From Squalus acanthias (lineage: Eukaryota): a stretch of DNA of 64,000 bases. The stretch covers positions 167,588,001-167,652,000 of the forward strand of contig CM059425.1 of the NCBI GenBank assembly GCA_030390025.1. Direction: 5' to 3'. Under the pieces are notes generated by a model. That model searched no databases. It was not told where the DNA came from and saw nothing but the letters and a program-made list of their open reading frames with translations. Made by a program: the position numbers and the translations under genes. This document shows positions 49,101-61,690 of this stretch, one piece after another. The first letter of the stretch is position 1; every line of letters begins with the position of its first letter.

Positions 49101-50829
49101 ACCCTACCACTCACAGTGTCCTGGTAGTGGCCTGCGTTTGTATTTTCTGACAAATTATTTGTAATTTCTCTGCAATTCATGTGTGGTTAGGTGTAGTCTT
49201 GTGCTGAGTATATTCCTGAGCTGTGTATTGGGAGGATGAACCAGCATTCCTGGGCAGTAAAGGAATGTTTGCAGGGTCAATTTTTTTGGCTTTCACAGAA
49301 TGTGAACTTCTTTCCCCCACAAATCAACTACTGCTCATCTATTGAGTGCAAGAAGCGCTCATAAGTTGCTGTAACTGAATTGGGGTGCAAAGCAGTTTAC
49401 ATTCTCACATAAGAGAAAGCAAATGGCTTTGCAAAGAATCCTGCCTCTGTGCAGATCCTGAGGGGTTTCCTTCATAAATCTGCATGGCATGCAAGACATT
49501 TTCAGATACTGGCTGCATTAAGAAAAACCTACTGTCCCACTTTCTGAGTATTTGCATGGAGATGAGATACCTAACTTGCACATTCACACCATGCCATTAA
49601 AATCAATGCTGCTTTATCTTTTTTGTGCTGCTGGTACATTTCAACAGCCTCCAGGGGATACCTCAAGTACAGTATTAGTCTAAGCAGCTGTCTCCTTATG
49701 TACTAAAAAGGTGACGGCAGTACTCATCAAGAAGAGGACAAATCATGCAATGTTTTCACACTAGTCAACAATAAATTTCCATTAAACAACATTTTAATTA
49801 ATCTTTGCTGGATTTCTCAGTGTTTTAGAAGATACTGACTGCATCCCAACCCTGGAAAGACAAACATTTAACTATTAATTATAAGAGGTGCCAGTCTTAG
49901 AATGTTCAAGCCATTGATGCTCCATATAGAATTCTTAAAGTGCCTCCCAAGCAGGCTGAAAGCATCTACGCCAACACATTTGATAAAATTATTTAATTGT
50001 TCTTAATTTAATTGATTTAATAATCAATCAGCTACGACTGACCAACTGTTTAGAACTTAAATAAAAGGGTACCGTTGTTCCCAGTATAAATATTGATTGC
50101 AATTAGATTCTTATCTGAATTTTGCATTCCAAGTAACAGTGTATTAAAAATGGCTACTGAGTCCTTTTTTTAACTCCTCAAGTATTGTACTGAATAAATG
50201 TAGTGATGTTTATTAAAGGGAAGTGATGATTATTGCCTTATGGAAAGAACATATTTTACTGAACAGATAAATCTGAGTTGCACTATAATCAACTCCTGGC
50301 AATATATTGCAACATGTATTAGTATGTTGAATATTATAGAGCATTACTTTGAGCTGTGGTGTCACATCTGACTTGCTAGACAGGGATATTGAGCAAGAAT
50401 AAGATCTAAGTGAGACTGGAGAGAATAATGAAGATTTGTGTCAAGAAACGGAAAGAAGAACTATTTGAAAACAGATTGAATATTATAATTTCATTTTTAT
50501 ACAAGTAAAATTCCATGAAAGTGCTAAATTCATTGCAACATTTTCAGTTTAGCTTATATTCAGAATAAATATTCTTTGATTTTCTGAATTGATCAGAAGA
50601 AATTTTCCCTAAACAAAATATCTGCAATTTTAATGTAATTATCAAATAGTTCACAATCTTAACAGTGGCAAGGCCTTAGGGAAATGTAATTCTTTCCCTG
50701 AAATCCTTGAATGGTTTTGATGCAATAACATTCCTGAGGAATCATGCATTTAACAAATTGACAGTTCTTGCTCAAATTTACTTTAATCTATTTTCAATTA
50801 TTTGTTGCAAACACATCTATAGGCTTGCT

Positions 50830-51391
50830 GACCTAGAAATCGGCAACCATGAACTGACATGTCCAAACTGATGCGCAAGAGGGCTATGCAAAATCGATCC
50901 TCTTACATCATCAGGACGCAAGTGGTGAGCTGGGGTCAACAGTCACGCCTCAAAAGGCAGTTCGCTGGTCGTGAAGGTGAAGACCAGCTGATGGGGATAC
51001 CAGCACCGGAACTACAGTTAGTCTGGGGGTGGGGGGAGGAGATCGGGACGGGGTGGGCGTCTGCAGCAGTTCGCACTTTTAATAAGGGGTCGGGGAGCAC
51101 TCCTGCTCTTCCTTGCTCCACGTTCAGATAAGTAAAAAAATGTTTTACTTACCATTTTGCTGGCAGCCTCCAGCAGTCCCTTTAAAGATTGCCTGTTAGG
51201 CTGCTTTTCGCTTGAGAGAACCAATTTCGTAAAGGGACCTAAAATAGGTGTACGGCTCTGATTTGCATATGCTGGATTCAGGCAGTCTCCCTGGACGACT
51301 GCAGGACCACCTTAACTAATACAGCATGTGGTGCACACCATAATGGACCCTTAGCACCCGTTTTTTGTCTGCGGCATCTAATGTCTAGGCC
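50830..51391. mobile_element. Older Harbinger-type MITE
   Basis: Imperfect TIR GACCTAGAAAT / ATGTCTAGGCC; GC-rich island in AT-rich DNA. Confidence 0.55.
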
Positions 51392-51485
51392 ACTTACATT
51401 CGAACATAGGTCTATCTGACATTCCACTAACACAATAGCTTTTGTGTATGTTTTAAAAACCCAAGCTGAATTCAGGATGTTTATT

Positions 51486-52000
51486 GTGAAACAGCGATTT
51501 ACTTGTACTTCTTGCAATTTAGTATACTGTATTCGCTGCTCACGATGCAGTCTCCTCTACATTAGGGAGACCAAACGCAGATTGGGTGACCGCTTTGCGG
51601 AACACCTCCGTTCAGTCCGTAAGGGTGACCCTGAGCTTCCGGTGGCCTGTCACTTTAATTCTCCGCTCCACTCCCACTCAGACCTCACCGTCCTCGGCCT
51701 CTTACACTGTTCCAATGAATCTCAACGTAAGCTCGAGGAACAGCACCTCATCTTTCGATTAGGCACTTAACAGCCTTCTGGACTCAACATAGAGTTCAAC
51801 AATTTCAGACCATAACCTCTGCCCCTATCCTTTTTTTTCCATTTATTTCATTTTTTTAATTCTCTTTTTTTTTCTCTCTCCCACATGGCAGCTGTCTTTT
51901 ATTCTGCCAGTGCCATTTACATTTCATCTGGAGCCATCTTTAGTTCCTTAACTTGTCCCATTACCATCTCCTTTTGCCTTGCACCATCTCTTAATCTCTC
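51486..52000 (+). mobile_element. Penelope-like GIY-YIG fragment; continues at 57264-57520 after the CR1 insertion
   Basis: NLVYCIRCSRCSLLYIRETKRRLGDRFAEH...EQHLIFRLG. Confidence 0.9.
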
Positions 52001-52402
52001 TTAAGCGATGAGACCGGAGGCCCTGTGAGTATTTGAACTCACTTTTGCGGGCTTTTCTTTCACAGGCTGGTGTCGGGAGCGTTGAACTCACTTTTGCGGG
52101 CTTTTCTTTCACAGGCATACCAATCTCAGACCGGCGGCGGCGTTCCAGAGCCACGTCATGATTCAAAACGTGACGTGGGCAGGAGGAAGCAGCTGATTGG
52201 GTGAGTATGGCTAGGTAAGTATTTATACTACTCTATAGTTTGACAGTTAAGGTTCATAGTTTATAAAGTTTAGAAGGTCTTAATTTTGTGGATATAGTTT
52301 CTAGTGCTAGTAACCAAGGGCCCTTGAGTATATCATTTAATTGAGTGTAATTGGTGGTATTGATTTGATTTAATTTAAGTTCAATTAATTAAAGGGTAAG
52401 TC

Positions 52403-53353
52403 ATGACAGGACAGCCCAGCCCCGTGTTATGCTCCTCCTGCTCGATGTGGGAAATCAGGGACCCTTCCGGTGTCCCTGACAACCATGTGTGCGGGAAGTG
52501 TATCCAGCTGCAGCTACTGACAGACCGCATTGCGGCGCTGGAACTGCGGATGGATGCGTATTGGAGCATTCGCAATGCTGAGAACCTCGTGGATAGCACG
52601 TTTAGAGAGTTGGTCACACCGCAGGCAAAGGGTGCACAGGCAGGAAGTAAATGGGTGACCACCAGGCAGAGTAAGAGGTGCAGGCAGGTAGTGCAGGGGT
52701 CCCCTGTGGACATCTCCCTCTCAAACAGATATACCACTTTGGATACTGTTGGGGGGGATGACTTATCAGGGGAAGGCAGCAGCAGCCAACTTCCTGGCAC
52801 CATGGGTGGCTCTGCTGCACAGGCTGGGAGGAAAAAGAGTGGAAGAGCTATAGTGATAGGGGACTCAATTGTAAGGGGAATAGATAGGCGTTTCTGCGGC
52901 CGCAACCGAGACTCCAGGATGGTGTGTTGCCTCCCTGGTGCAAGGGTCAAGGACGTGTCGGAGCGGCTACTGAACATTTTGGAGGGGGAGGGCGAACAGC
53001 CAGCTGTCGTGGTGCACATAGGCACCAACGATATAGGTAAAAAAGGGGATGAGGTCCTAAAAGCAGAATATAGGGAGTTAGGAGGTAAATTAAAAAATAG
53101 GACCTCAAAGGTAGTAATCTCAGGATTGCTACCAGTGCCACGTGCTAGTCAGAGTAGAAATAGGAGGATATTTCAAATCAATACGTGGCTAGAGGAATGG
53201 TGCAAGGGGGAGGGATTCAAATTCCTGGGACATTGGAACCGGTTCTGGGGGAGGTGGGACCAGTACAAACCGGACAGTCTGCACCTGGGCAGGGCCGGGA
53301 CCGCTGTCCTAGGGGGAGTGTTTGCTAGTGCTGTTGGGGAGGGTTTAGACTAA
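52403..53353 (+). CDS. CR1 ORF1p, intact 316 aa (zinc finger, coiled coil, SGNH esterase)
   Basis: CSSC...CGKC, LSNRY, VIGDS, PGA, HIGTND, DSLHL; open from ATG to stop. Confidence 0.9.
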   Translation: MTGQPSPVLCSSCSMWEIRDPSGVPDNHVCGKCIQLQLLTDRIAALELRMDAYWSIRNAENLVDSTFRELVTPQAKGAQAGSKWVTTRQSKRCRQVVQGSPVDISLSNRYTTLDTVGGDDLSGEGSSSQLPGTMGGSAAQAGRKKSGRAIVIGDSIVRGIDRRFCGRNRDSRMVCCLPGARVKDVSERLLNILEGEGEQPAVVVHIGTNDIGKKGDEVLKAEYRELGGKLKNRTSKVVISGLLPVPRASQSRNRRIFQINTWLEEWCKGEGFKFLGHWNRFWGRWDQYKPDSLHLGRAGTAVLGGVFASAVGEGLD

Positions 53354-53398
53354 AGTGGCAGGGGGGTTGGGCACCTGAGCAGGGAGACAGAGGAAAGC

Positions 53399-56300
53399 GT
53401 GTCAGGAAGGGACAGAAGGTATGGAGTAAAAGGTAAAGTGTTAAAAAAGGAAAAAGCAGGAACTAAGTGTCACAAAACATATTTGAAAGTTCTTCATCTG
53501 AATGCACGTAGCATTCATAACAAAATGGACGAGTTAACGGCACAAATAACTACGTATGGGTATGATCTTGTGGCCATTACAGAAACATGGCTGCAGGGTG
53601 ACAACGACTGGGAATTAAATATGCGAGGGTATTTAACAATCAGGAAGGACAGGCAGGAAGGAAGGGGAGGTGGGGTGGCTATGTTAATAAAGGAAGGAAT
53701 CACTGTAATACAGAGAAATGATATTGGGTCAAAGGATCAGGATAATGAAACAGTTTGGGTGGAGATAAGGAATAATAAGGGGAAAAAAACACTAGTGGGA
53801 GTAGTATATAGGCCTCCTAATAGTTGCAACTCTGCTGGAAGAAGTATTAATCAGGAAATAGTTGGGGCATGTAATAAGGCAACAGCTATAATTATGGGGG
53901 ATTTTAACTATCATATTAACTGGACAAATCAAATTGGGCAGGGCAGCCTTGAGGAAGAGTTCATTGAGTGTATTAGGGATGGATTTCTTGAGCAGTATGT
54001 AACTGATCCTACAAGGGGGCAAGCAACCTTGGACCTGGTCCTGTGTAATGAGTCAGGATTAATTAATAATGTCCTAGTTAAGGATCCTCTTGGAATGAGT
54101 GACCATAACATGGTTGAATTCCATATCCAATTAGAGGGTGAGAAGGTTGGTTCTCAAACAAGCGTACTGAGCTTGAATAAAGGAGACTATGATCGTATGA
54201 GAGTGGAATTGATTAAAGTGGACTGGGAAAATAGATTAAAAGGTAAGACGGTACATGAGCAGTGGTGTTCATTTAAGGAGTTATTTTACAACTTTCAAAA
54301 AATATATATTCCACTGAGGGAAAAAAGGGTGTAAAAGAAATGACAGCCATCTGTGGCTAAGTAAAGAAATTAAGGATAGTATCCGACTAAAAACAAGGAC
54401 GTATGAGGTAGCCAAACTTAGTGGGACGATAGAAGATTGGGAAGTCTTCAAAAGACAGAAAAAAGTAACTAAAGGATTGATTAAGAAAGGGAAGATAGAT
54501 TATGAAAATAAATTAGCAAAAAATATAAAAACAGATAGCAAGAGTTTCTATAGTTATATAAAAAGAAAAAGGGTGGTTAAGGCAAACGTAAGTCCCTTAG
54601 AGGATGAGACCGGGAAATTAATGGTGGGAAACATGGAGATGGCAAAAATGCTGAACAAATATTTTGTTTCAATCTTTACGGTAGAGGACACTAAGAATAT
54701 CCCAACACTGGACAAACAGGGGGCTCTAGGGGGGGAGGAGCTAAATATGATTAAAATCACTAAGGAATTGGTACTCAGTAAAATAATGGGACTCAAGGCG
54801 AATAAATCCCCTGGACCTGATGGCTTACATCCTAGGGTCTTGAGGGAAGTGGCAGTAGGGATTGTGGATGCTTTGGTAATAATTTTCCAAAATTCCCTGG
54901 ACTCAGCAAAGGTCCTGGCAGATTGGAAAACTGCTAATGTAACACCCTTATTTAAAAAGGGTAGTAGGCAGAAGGCTGGAAATTATAGCGCAGTTAGCTT
55001 AACATCTGTGGTGGGTAAAATTTTGGAGTCTATTATTAAGGAGACAGTAACAGAACATTTAGATAAACATAATTTAATAGGACAAAGTCAGCATGGCTTT
55101 ATGAAGGGGAAGTCATGTCTGACAAATTTGCTTGAGTTCTTTGAGGACATAACGTACAGGGTGGATAAAGGGGAATCAGTGGACGTAGTGTATTTAGACT
55201 TCCAGAAGGCATTCGACAAGGTGCCACATAAAAGATTATTGCTCAAGATAAAAAATCACTGGATTGGGGGTAATATTCTGGCATGGGTGGAGGATTGGTT
55301 ATCTAACAGGAAGCAGAGAGTTGGGATAAATGGTTCATTCTCGGACTGGCAACCAGTAGCCAGTGGTGTTCCGCAGGGGTCGGTGCTGGGTCCCCAACTC
55401 TTTACAATCTATATTAACGATTTGGAGGAGGGGACCGAGTGTAACATATCAAAGTTTGCAGATGATACAAAGATGGGAGGGAAAGTAGAAAGTGAGGAGG
55501 ACATAAAAAACCTACAAGGGGATATAGACAGGCTGGGTGAGTGGGCGGAGATTTGGCAGATGCAATACAATATTGGAAAATGTGAGGTTATGCACTTTGG
55601 CAGGAAAAATCAGAGAGCAAGTTATTGGCCCGAAAATTAGACCTAATACGCGAGAGTACGCATTGTGTACTCTCGCGTATTAGTTCCAGAATTGCCGGTT
55701 TCCTGCATGCACTGCGCATGCGCGGGAAACCGGCACTTCGTGTACTGCAAAGGGGGCGGTTCCTAAGTGAACCGCGTGCGCGCTACAGGCTGCGCGCACG
55801 CAGTCCACTTAGTTTTTTTTCAGGTTTGAACGCGCAGGTAAGTGGTGAAGATTTTACACATAAAGAAAGCAGGCATAGGACCCCCTTTTAACAAGGTAAG
55901 TAGTTAATTAAGTGTTATTTGAAAAATTTTTCAACAGGTTTATCTTTTTTAGAGACTTTAAAGAAAGGTAAGTTTATTTTTATAACTTTTAAAAAGATTT
56001 TAAACTTTTTCAAAAATTTAATTTTTTGTTTAAAGTGGTTAATTTATTTAACTATAGTTATTTTATTAATGTGATGGCTTTTTTCTTAAATTTAATTGAG
56101 GTTTAGCTGTTCTTTTGGGGGCTTGTAGTATTCATAGCTTTGACAGCCCTTGCTGTCAAAACTATGAATGAAAGATGGTGTGCTGCCATTGGCTCTAACT
56201 GAATCACGTGATCCCAGAGCTCGCACGAACTAATTGCGCCTCTGGGACACGCAAGCACTGCACGCTGGCAACAGGGAGAGGCCCTGAAACTGAAGTTCGT

Positions 56301-57060
56301 GTGGGCCCGAAAGAGAAAGGTAGGCGCGGAGTGCGATATCGCGGGTAATCCTTACCCCCGCGGGAACCATCGATGTTTAATTTCTGGGCCATTATCTTAA
56401 TGGCGAGAAACTGGAAAGTACTGCAGTACAAAGGGATCTGGGGGTCCTAGTCCAAGAAAATCAAAAAGTTAGTATGCAGGTGCAGCAGGTGATCAAGAAG
56501 GCCAACGGAATGTTGACTTTTACTGCTAGGGGGATAGATTATAAAAACAGGGAGGTATTGCTGCAGTTATATAAGGTATTGGGAGACCGCACCTGGAATA
56601 CTGCATACAGTTTTGGTGTCCATACTTAAGAAAAGACATACTTGCTCTCAAGGCAGTACAAAGAAGGTTCACTCGGTTAATCCCGGGGATGAGAGGGTGG
56701 ACATATGAGGAGAGGTTGAGTGGATTGGGACTCTACTCATTGGAGTTCAGAAGAATGAGAGGCGATCTTATTGAAACATATAAGATTGTGAAGGGGCTTG
56801 ATCGGGTGGATGCGGTAAGGATGTTCCCAAGGATGGGTGAAACTAGAACTAGGGGGCATAATCTTAGAATAAGGGGCTGCTCTTTCAAAACTGAGATGAG
56901 GAGAAACTTCTTCACTCAGAGGGTAGTAGGTCTGTGGAATTTGCTGCCCCAGGAAGCTGTGGAAGCTACATCATTAAATAAATTTAAAACAGAAATAGAC
57001 AGTTTCCTAGAAGTAAAGGGAATTAGGGGTTACGGGGAGCGGGCAGGAAATTGGACATGA
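53399..57060 (+). pseudogene. CR1 ORF2 (APE and RT), frameshifted and interrupted by a MITE
   Basis: APE ORF 53399-54334, RT ORF 54477-55640 and C-terminus 56391-57060, with standard motifs. Confidence 0.95.
55627..56390. mobile_element. Harbinger-type MITE inserted in CR1 ORF2
   Basis: TIR GGCCCGAAAATTA / TAATTTCTGGGCC; ATT TSD; the empty site is visible in the paralogous CR1 near 5410-5425. Confidence 0.93.
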
Positions 57061-57263
57061 GGCTGAGTTCGGATCGGTCAGGGCCCTGTGGGTGGCGGAG
57101 CGGGCCCAGGGGCTGAGTGGTCGGGTCCTGCTCCTACTTCTTGTGTTCTTTAGATTTGAGGTTAGGATCAGATCAGCCATGATCTTATTGAATGGCGGAG
57201 CAGGCTCGAGGGGCCGATTGGCCTACTCCTGCTCCTATTTCTTATGTTCTTATGTTCTTAATG

Positions 57264-57520
57264 TCTCTTAATCTCTCCTGCCTTCCATCCTATCACAGAC
57301 CTTCCCTTTTGTTCTTTCCTCCCCTCCCCCTTTCCCTGCCCCTGCACTTGCTTAAAAACCTGTTCCATCTCCAGCTTTTTCCAGTTCTGATGAAGGGTCA
57401 TCGACCTGAAACGTTAACTCTGTTTCTCGCTCCACAGATGCTGCCTGACCTGCTGAGTATTTCCACCATTTTCTGTTTTTATTTCAGATTTTCAGCATCC
57501 GCAGTATTTTGCTTTTGTAT
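57264..57520 (+). mobile_element. Penelope terminal repeat with hammerhead motif at 57383-57419
   Basis: AGTT-CTGATGA-AGGGTC-ATC-GACCT-GAAACGTT-AACT; homologous to 18860-19066 and 21570-21754. Confidence 0.85.
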
Positions 57521-59244
57521 CAGGATGCTTATTTGTGATTCCAGTTTTCAAAGTCTCTGTTGCAGAACCTTGTCTATAATATGGTTAAAAAATGTTGTCT
57601 GATGAAAAATAAATCAGTGTAGGTTCTGTGGTGGTGCATCAAAGAGCTGTGTTGTGGAATGGTCAGAAACAGGTCTGACACCTTCTCCCATTACTGAGTT
57701 CCTGATTTCAGCCATCCTGATCTGGGTTGGTGCCAAGCAGAACCTACAGTGGAGAGGAAAACAAGAGAAACCTCCTATTGTCCAGTTTAGTAGTTGGTGG
57801 CCTGGAGCAGTTTGTTTGTCCTTTAAGTTATGAGAGTGTCTGATCTGATAAAAACAAAAATATGATGAAAGGTGGAACTAAGTAGCACAGTAGGTCAGCA
57901 CACTGTCCTTTCACCATACTGACTTTAGGTTTGAAGTGCATTTACACTAGAACTGTCAAGCAGCTTAACTAGACGCTTTGTTCCTCTAATTTACTGCATT
58001 GTCTTACTGCCATTGTTACATTGCACAAAATGCAATTGTACAGTAAACCAAAACATGCAGAGAAGGCTGAAGCTGAGCTCTACCTTTATAGCTCAACTCT
58101 ACAAAATGGCCTGACAGCAGGGGGTGAGTGTTTAAATATCTCTCACAATTAGAAAGCCTAATGTCAAGACTCTCGAGGAAAAGATCACACCCAACGAAGA
58201 TTACTAAAGATGTCGTTCAGTGTTCCATTGCTCCCAGAGGGGACTGGTGCATGCAGGACACTGCATCCAGTCATTTTAATGGGTGGAAAATCACAAACTG
58301 TGGCCTATAATTTCCACAGTGCATTTCCCGTGAACAGAGCTCCCCGCTGGGAGCGCAGGATCACAGAATCAGCACTTAAATAAACGTCTTACCAGCGGTA
58401 ACTTGACAATTTCACGCTCTTGGTGAGGATTCTTGTCTGCTGAGAGTACGTATCAGAAATTCAGGTGTGGGCTGCTCGCAGTTTTCTAACCATTTAAAAT
58501 AACGGTTGAAAAAATCATGTGCAGCGTGCACCCAAATTCCCGATATGTATGCCCAGCGGGCGAGGCTCCCCATGTAGTCGGAAAATTACCCCTTAAGCTC
58601 ACACCGTATAATTTCATTTTGATTTGTTACTGCATTGGGTTAAAATTGAAAATAAAACCTGGCAACTTTCCTGTAATTGTGTCTGCTATAGGAAGTGCAC
58701 AGTTATTCCCTGCAGTCCTGTGACCTTCCAGGCCAGATGGTCCACATTCCAATTATAAGATAGAATTCAATGCAATTCACAGGCTCACGCCTGTGCATAG
58801 ATCTTTCCAATTGTGTGTGAAAACTGCACACAGCACATATTCTGTAACTTGGGAATAAACTGCAAAACAGTTTAAACCTTGAAGGTTCCCACCTGAAACA
58901 TTTTTCAATCACTGACTGACCTGCTGTGCATTTCTAGTATTTTCTATTTTTAAATGGATGCCATTGATTTACAATCATTTTACTTTTATGTGAAAGAAAA
59001 AAAAAACAGATAGAATCTTTGCTGGACCACAGAAATTAGCAAAGTATCTGTGCAGCAAAAGCAATGCTCAATGGCTTCTAGGAAGGGCCAATAAACCAAG
59101 ATTTCCCAGGGTCAGCGGTGAGCTCCAGGCCTGTATTGAGCCTATCACTTGGATATCACTTAACGGACTGCTGAGAAAATTGGAGGAATGCATCCACTTA
59201 AAGGTAAGTGGCCACATATTGGACAAATAACGTTTTAACGTTTA

Positions 59245-59496
59245 AATGGTACTTTACCCAGAGAGTGGTGAGAATGTGGAACTCGCTACCACAGGGAGTA
59301 GTTGAGGCAAATAGTATAGATGCATTTAAGGGGAGGCTAGATAAGCATATGAGGGAGAAGGGAATAGAGGGTTATGATGACAGAGTTGGATGAGGAAAGA
59401 CGGGAAGAGGCTCGAGTGGAGCATAAATGCCGGCATGGACTGGTTGGGCCGAATGGCATGTTTCTGTGCCATATATCCTATGTAATCCTATGTAAA
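59245..59496 (+). mobile_element. CR1 3'-end fragment
   Basis: YFTQRVVRMWNSLP...FKGRLDKHM; tail (TCCTATGTAA)2. Confidence 0.88.
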
Positions 59497-59556
59497 TTGG
59501 TTGTAAATGTTTCCCTTCTACATTTAAGCCTCTCTAATGGCTGTTTGGGACATAAA

Positions 59557-60450
59557 GGGGGAAAAATTCGGATGCTTTGCGCCTCCCGTTAGCGCTAATG
59601 GGTCGCAAAGCAACTAGCGCCCGGGCACGGCGGTGTTTGCGCCGCTCGCGAAATTGACCAGTCATTTTGCGGCGGCGCTAAGCACTACCGCCACAATCTC
59701 CTGCGCCCGCAGATCGTGACGTCAGTCGAGCGTACAACGCCTCAGTAGCGCCCCGGACCTGATATTGGGTAGTGCCCCCTGCCTTACCGCCTGCCGCTAG
59801 CAACGACAGGTTGAGGGGAACGTTTTGCAGTCGGGAAGGGTCTGGGGGAGAGCTATTAAAAGGCGACCGCTTCCTGACTTTTTTCGTCGGCGACATTTTT
59901 GCACCACGCATTCAGAGAGAGAGAGAGAGAGAGACTTCTGGAGAGATTCAACACTGTGTGAAGGAGTTTTGGGTACTGAGCAGCACTTTGCAAGTTCATT
60001 TGGATTTGTCCTTCCTTGCATCGATTTAGAAGAGATTATGGGGGCTGTGCTCTGAGCTCTTTCCCTGGGCCTCTCCATTGTTCTTTCCAGCAAAATTGAT
60101 GTACAGGTCTCTCCAGGCTTGTACAAGGCCGAGATTCAAGGCTGCAATGAGCAGGGTGTTGATGGAGAGCAAGATCGACCCTCCCCTTTAAGAACTGGCC
60201 GGCGCCAGTGTGTCTGTGTTCCATTGCTGACTGACATCACATGAGCTTCGCCAGCGCTCTGAGTTAGCGCCTCGCTCCTTGGTGTTAGCGCCTTAAGAGA
60301 GGTGTGTAGTGCTTGATTTAGCGATCCAATCACCTCCAAGGGCGATAGAAGCCAAGTTTGCAGTCAGAGGCGATAATTAGCGCCAGGCACTAAACTTTGC
60401 ACCCGGCCGATAATTGCACCCCAAACGGGGCGATACTGAATTTCTCCCCC
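59557..60450 (-). mobile_element. Harbinger-type MITE (family A, diverged subfamily)
   Basis: TIR GGGGGAAAAATTC / GAATTTCTCCCCC, AAA TSD; the last ~26 bp are identical to the right end of Harbinger copy 2. Confidence 0.92.
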
Positions 60451-60927
60451 AAAAAGTGGCCAGCAAAACCCGAAGGGTGACAAAATAAATAGAGAGGCAG
60501 GAAGCAAAGTTTGGTGTATCAGTGATGGCTTGCTAGACCACTTCAGAGGGCATTGTAAGTCAATTATGTTGTGTGGACCAGAGTCACGTATAGGTGAGAC
60601 TGGGTAGAAGTGGCAAGTTCCTGAAGGATATTAGTGAACGAGTTGGGTTTTTACAACCAAATGGCAGATTTTATGGCGGAGGGGGTTCTGGTGATCATCT
60701 ACAAGCTATTAGATTTATTAAATTCAGTTTCATAACTTGCTGTGGATTACCTCGCATAAAGATCCTTTGTCAAATGAACTTGGGTAGTTGCCATCCATTC
60801 CTCTGGGTGCAATCTATTGCATAAAACTGCACATATCTTGACACAAATTGGCAATCTTTGAGAGAGGCCATATGGAAGGCTTTGTATGGGAAATATAAAA
60901 AATCACACTGATGCAGTAGGATAAAAT

Positions 60928-61150
60928 GGGAAAACTGCAAAAGCTGGAAATCTGAAATGAAAGCAGAAAATGTTGGAAAAATACAGCAGGTCAATCTTCA
61001 TTTTAAAGAGGAAAGCCAGATTATAGCATTTCAGGTGTGTAACCCATTAATAGATAAAGGAGGGGTACACAGCTGAAGAGTCATAACCTGTCCTTTCTCT
61101 TTACAAATGCTGACTGTGTATTTCCCGCATTTTCTTTTTCTATTTCTGAT
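60928..61150. mobile_element. Old Penelope terminal-repeat remnant in fold-back arrangement
   Basis: GCAGAAAATGTTGGAAAAATACAGCAG and TGCTGACTGTGTATTTCCCGCATTTTCT are inverted matches to the Penelope 3' repeat. Confidence 0.5.
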
Positions 61151-61329
61151 GCAGTAGGGATGCTCTTCCAAGGTTCGAACTATGACACATCACTGGGGAG
61201 AGCTCTTAAATTTCTTATTACTAGATAAGCAGAAATAAGAAGGATACATAACACCAAACATGCACGTAGAGCCAAACCTAGACAACTATGGGTCCAAACT
61301 TGGCTTTGAGTAATAAATCAAAAGCACTT

Positions 61330-61690
61330 GATGATGCAGTGGATTAACACACTGTGTTTTATATTTTGGATCTAGGTTTGAATTCAGGTCAAGCTATCTG
61401 GATGACTGTCTGAAGGCTAGAAGGGTCTCGATAGAAATAAATTTAGCCAGTTGCTATTGGTATGAATCTGCAGCATGAATTTCCAGTAATTTGCAACAAT
61501 TGACATTACATTAAGAGTATCTTTCAGAGAGACTATAAAGATGGTTGGTGTGGGAAGTAGAAAAATTTAGACAGGTGCAGTACAGTTCTGAGATTTGGAC
61601 CAGTAACTATTGTAGATATTGAGAAGCTTTACCCTGTCTCTGTACCATATTATACCTGACAGGAATGCTTGATACTGACACTGACTGCAA
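61330..61690 (+). mobile_element. Ancient tRNA-derived SINE remnant (LF-SINE-like)
   Basis: A/B-box-like head (GCAGTGG...GGTTTGAATTC) and a tail CTTTACCCTGT...TACCTGAC...TTGATACTGACA. Confidence 0.35.

Larger units (their letters stand above)
52001..57260 (+). mobile_element. Full-length CR1 LINE inserted in a Penelope terminal repeat
   Basis: 14-bp TSD TCTCTTAATCTCTC (51987-52000, 57264-57277); 5'UTR, ORF1, ORF2 and (TTCTTATG)n tail. Confidence 0.96.

Noticed and set aside
58280..58592. Additional old MITEs here and at ~17987-18175, ~62023-62440 and ~63061-63750
   Set aside because: They look MITE-like, but matching TIR pairs and TSDs could not be established by eye.
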